Positions 61,001 to 64,000 of a stretch of DNA of 64,000 nt are shown piece after piece. The position numbers and the translations under genes were made by a program. Under the pieces are notes generated by a model, which was given only the letters and a program-made list of their open reading frames with translations, made no database searches and was not told where the DNA came from. The stretch is from Bacteroidia bacterium (GTDB taxonomy: Bacteria > Bacteroidota > Bacteroidia > NS11-12g > UBA9320): NCBI GenBank assembly GCA_965216465.1, contig CBDCFW010000005.1:512001-576000 (forward strand), given 5' to 3'. The number at the start of each line of letters is the position of its first letter. Position 1 is the stretch's first letter.

Positions 61001-62385
61001 ATGAAAAAACTAATAATTTATTTTATAGCGATTGTCCTTATATCTTGCAAAGGACAGACTTCAGAAAATATACCAGCAGACTTGCTGATTAAAAACATTA
61101 CCTTGATTGATGGAACCGGAAGCAGCGCACGCTATAATCAAAACATCTACATAAGGGAAGGCCGAATTGTACAAATCGATACACTTACCAATTACTCAGC
61201 TGCGGATGCAGTTGTGGATGGTACAGGAAAGTATTTGATTCCAGGTCTTTTTGACAATCATTATCATCTGCATCGCGACTCTGCCGATCATCCTAGAATG
61301 CTTAAGCAACTTATTCACTTTGGAGTGACAAATGTGTTTATACCGGGAGGCTCACAGGTTCCTTACCCTACCCTGCTTCGAATCGATTCTCTTGAAACCA
61401 ATAATCTAGTAACTTCTCCTAAAATTTGGTATACCAGTCCCTATGTTACCCTAGAAGGTGCACACCCTATGAAGACTGCACCACATATAAAATGGCGGAA
61501 TGGAATTAACGTCTATATTTTGAAGGATAGTTCAACCATACCTAAAATAATAAGTGATGCCAAAGCAAATGGAGCCATTGGAATAAAAATAGAGATCGAA
61601 GACGGTCCTTTTCCGCCATTTGTTGAACGCATGGATACCGCATTGATTCGCAAAATATCTGAACAAGCTCATGCTAACAACCTTTTACTAGCTTCACATA
61701 TCAGTGATATGGAAGAAGTTAGATTAAGTGTAGAGCATGGTGTTGATGCCATAATGCACTTTGTGGATGCACCGATTGACTGGGAAAATGATCTAGACCT
61801 ATTTATGGAAATCAAAGAAAAGAATATCTCATGGGTAACTACTTTGAATATAGGCAATTTCCTTTACTATCCATTTCATCCGGAGTGGTTAGATACCAAA
61901 GAATGGGAGGTGTTTGACATTGAGAGAGAGGAGTTACGGGCAAATCAAGAGCAAACAAAGCAATTGGCTATTAATATCATAACAGGATATTTAAATATGG
62001 ATCTTGAAGAATGGGAAAACCATGTTTCGCCAAGGTTTAATGACGTACACAAACTAGATTCTCTTGGTAAAACATTGTACTTGGGACCGATCCGGGTTCT
62101 GTCACAGCGTATAATATAACGGGGCTCAATGTCCATGAAGAAATGCAGCACTATCAAAAAGGAGGGATGAACCCATTACGAATAATAAAATGTGCCACAC
62201 TTAATGCAGCAATCATGTTAGGCGTTCAGGAAGATTATGGAACCATAGAAGTAGGAAAGCATGGCAATATGGTTGTTCTACACGAAAATCCTTTAGAAGA
62301 CATTTCCAACACTTTATCTATAGATGTTGTAATAAAGAATGGAGAAGTACAAGAAAGAATTACAAATGCTAATGCTACTAATTAA
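61001..62385 (+). pseudogene. Amidohydrolase-family lipoprotein split by a frameshift near 62070
   Basis: IPGLFDNHYH in ORF 61001-62119; the alternative frame continues NIVLGTDPG...VHEEMQ...ATLNAA...GTIEVGK to 62385. Confidence 0.8.
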
Positions 62386-62569
62386 TAGTGGTTAAGGAGA
62401 CAAATCAAAAATCCGTGCAAAGCTGGAAGAACCTTGAGAAAAATGCCATACTTTTCATATACGATCCGTTTGGGTTCTGTTGGATCTGTTAACTCTTCCT
62501 ATCACTAAAAAAAATTAGACCACACCAATAATACTGACGGTTTTTCATTTTTGCGATTAGTTTTGCCGA

Positions 62570-63271
62570 ATGCCTAGACTACTTCTTCTCTTCGTCTTTC
62601 CATTCTTCATAGGTTGTGCCTCTCAACGTGGTTTTAAACCCGCAGACTCTTACAGATGTACGGTTTATAGTTACACCCATTTCTTTCGTGAGTTGCCTGA
62701 AAATGAGCGCTATATAGACAAAACAATGGATTATCAGAATGGTCACCTAATCAGCGAACAAGCCTTCGGGTTCGATGGTGACACAGGAGATCTAAAGGTT
62801 TACCACTACGATTCAAGGGGACTATTAGACTCGGTTATATGGCACCGGCCAGATGTAATCATCCGTATGGAATATTACTATAAGGAAAGTGAGCTTCACG
62901 AAGCATTCAATGTATATTTTGGCAAACGGGATCTAACAGAACGCCATATCAGAACAGACTCTTCTCACGAAGTGATGCACTACTTGGGAGGTCTTTTTGC
63001 AAACCGTGCTTTTCACTACTATAATGAAGAAGGTCAGAAAATACGGACACAGTTTATCAGTCCTGAAGGCAATGACTATGGCTATAAACTTTACCGTTAT
63101 AATGAACAAGGAAAATTATCTGAGATAATAGACTACAATAGCAAAGGGGATCTGAGTGAGACTTACACTTATTCTTATGACAAACGTCAAAATCTTCTTT
63201 GGGAAATCATCACGGATGGTAAAGGGAAACTAATCACAAAAAAGAAATTCGAATACAGTAATTCCAAGTAA
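62570..63271 (+). CDS. YD/RHS-like repeat lipoprotein
   Basis: Lipobox FIGC; YHYDSRG, YYNEEG, YRYNEQG, YSYDKRQN repeats; TAGTTTTG at 62558-62565. Confidence 0.65.
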   Translation: MPRLLLLFVFPFFIGCASQRGFKPADSYRCTVYSYTHFFRELPENERYIDKTMDYQNGHLISEQAFGFDGDTGDLKVYHYDSRGLLDSVIWHRPDVIIRMEYYYKESELHEAFNVYFGKRDLTERHIRTDSSHEVMHYLGGLFANRAFHYYNEEGQKIRTQFISPEGNDYGYKLYRYNEQGKLSEIIDYNSKGDLSETYTYSYDKRQNLLWEIITDGKGKLITKKKFEYSNSK

Positions 63272-63272
63272 G

Positions 63273-63373
63273 ATGGAAGCTATAGACATTCGAATCGCCT
63301 TGTACAGTTAGGGTTAATCCCCGTGAAGTGACTAAAGATGAGGTCATGGATTCTATCTTTACTCGGTTTTGTA
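63273..63373 (+). pseudogene. Diverged fragment of an mnmE 3' end (att-associated)
   Basis: Aligns to 38376-38478 with 17 substitutions and two 1-nt deletions by manual count. Confidence 0.9.
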
Positions 63374-63396
63374 CCGAATATTAGCTACTGCAACGT

Positions 63397-63783
63397 TTAT
63401 TTTATTTGGTCCTGGTTGTATTCGCCTTTATAAAGCCTCTCCTCTTCGTAAATCTGGTTTTCACAAATATCAAATCTTAATTTCAATCCATCTCTAAATC
63501 GAAATACGATGTTACATGAATCTTCTTTGCTTCCGTTACCAATAATAAATTTATCGTCCTTGAATAAGTAGAAAGGGTAGTAGTAACCCCCCGCCACGCC
63601 TAAACATTCATACTCTTGTATCTTATAATTATCGATTTTCCATTCCTTATCTGTTTCTTCACATTCTGCAGAAAACGATTCGGTAAATATATCAAATACA
63701 TAATTCGTAGCAACAGCAAAAATCGCAGCTACTGCAATGAGTGAAAGCAACGAGATTAAAGTTATTTTTAACGCTTTATTCAT
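63397..63783 (-). CDS. Hypothetical membrane-anchored protein
   Basis: Probable start MNKALKI at 63783, N-terminal TM helix, four Cys. Confidence 0.55.
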   Translation of the reverse strand: MNKALKITLISLLSLIAVAAIFAVATNYVFDIFTESFSAECEETDKEWKIDNYKIQEYECLGVAGGYYYPFYLFKDDKFIIGNGSKEDSCNIVFRFRDGLKLRFDICENQIYEEERLYKGEYNQDQIK

Positions 63784-64000
63784 TTCTTTGGTCCAGTCGC
63801 TTCTAAGATAGCTAATTGCCTTTGAATATCTGTATCGCTTGAACATTAAGGTAGTTTTAGAATGCGAATCTAAAGAGATCGTAACTTGCAAGAGTTAGTG
63901 CAATAGCACCTAAATTTGTGACATCTCAACAAGGCGGGGGTGTAAAAACAACAAGATGAAGGTACTTAAGAATAGAACAATAGAAGGAAGTATGAAAGCA

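Larger units (their letters stand above)
38472..63373 (+). mobile_element. Composite genomic island at the mnmE 3' end (tandem modules; may extend past 63373)
   Basis: Integrase and xis-like genes directly after mnmE; mnmE-3'-like sequences at 51781, 60627 and 63273-63373. Confidence 0.8.

Noticed and set aside
60841-61092. 83-aa ORF upstream of the amidohydrolase
   Set aside because: Overlaps the amidohydrolase start out of frame and has no recognisable features
1-64000. tRNA or rRNA genes
   Set aside because: None recognised by eye; the island target is mnmE rather than a tRNA

Overview
Bacteroidota chromosomal window, inferred from T9SS-type C-terminal domains, a PorV-family gene and TAnnTTTG -7 promoter elements. 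Positions 1-38489 are mostly core genome: ruvC 3' end, HIT, greA, a TonB-like barrel / T9SS cargo / PorV-family operon plus a second barrel paralogue, murI, two Skp/OmpH, a SurA/PPIase-MoxR cluster, trmB, gmhA, a DsbD-family gene, a LysM glucosaminidase and mnmE. An accessory region of about 25 kb is inserted at the mnmE 3' end. Further copies or remnants of the mnmE 3' end (about 51781, 60627 and 63273) split it into tandem modules. Module 1 carries a tyrosine integrase, two excisionase-like HTH proteins, a primase-helicase with an iteron cluster and a candidate structured RNA. It also holds putative defence cargo: a controller HTH + adenine methyltransferase + MORC/GHKL ATPase + ABC ATPase operon with no recognisable nuclease, an HhH-glycosylase-like gene and a HEPN gene pair. 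Modules 2 and 3 carry only cargo (large T9SS proteins, a frameshifted amidohydrolase, a YD-repeat lipoprotein). All calls come from reading motifs by eye; no database searches were run.
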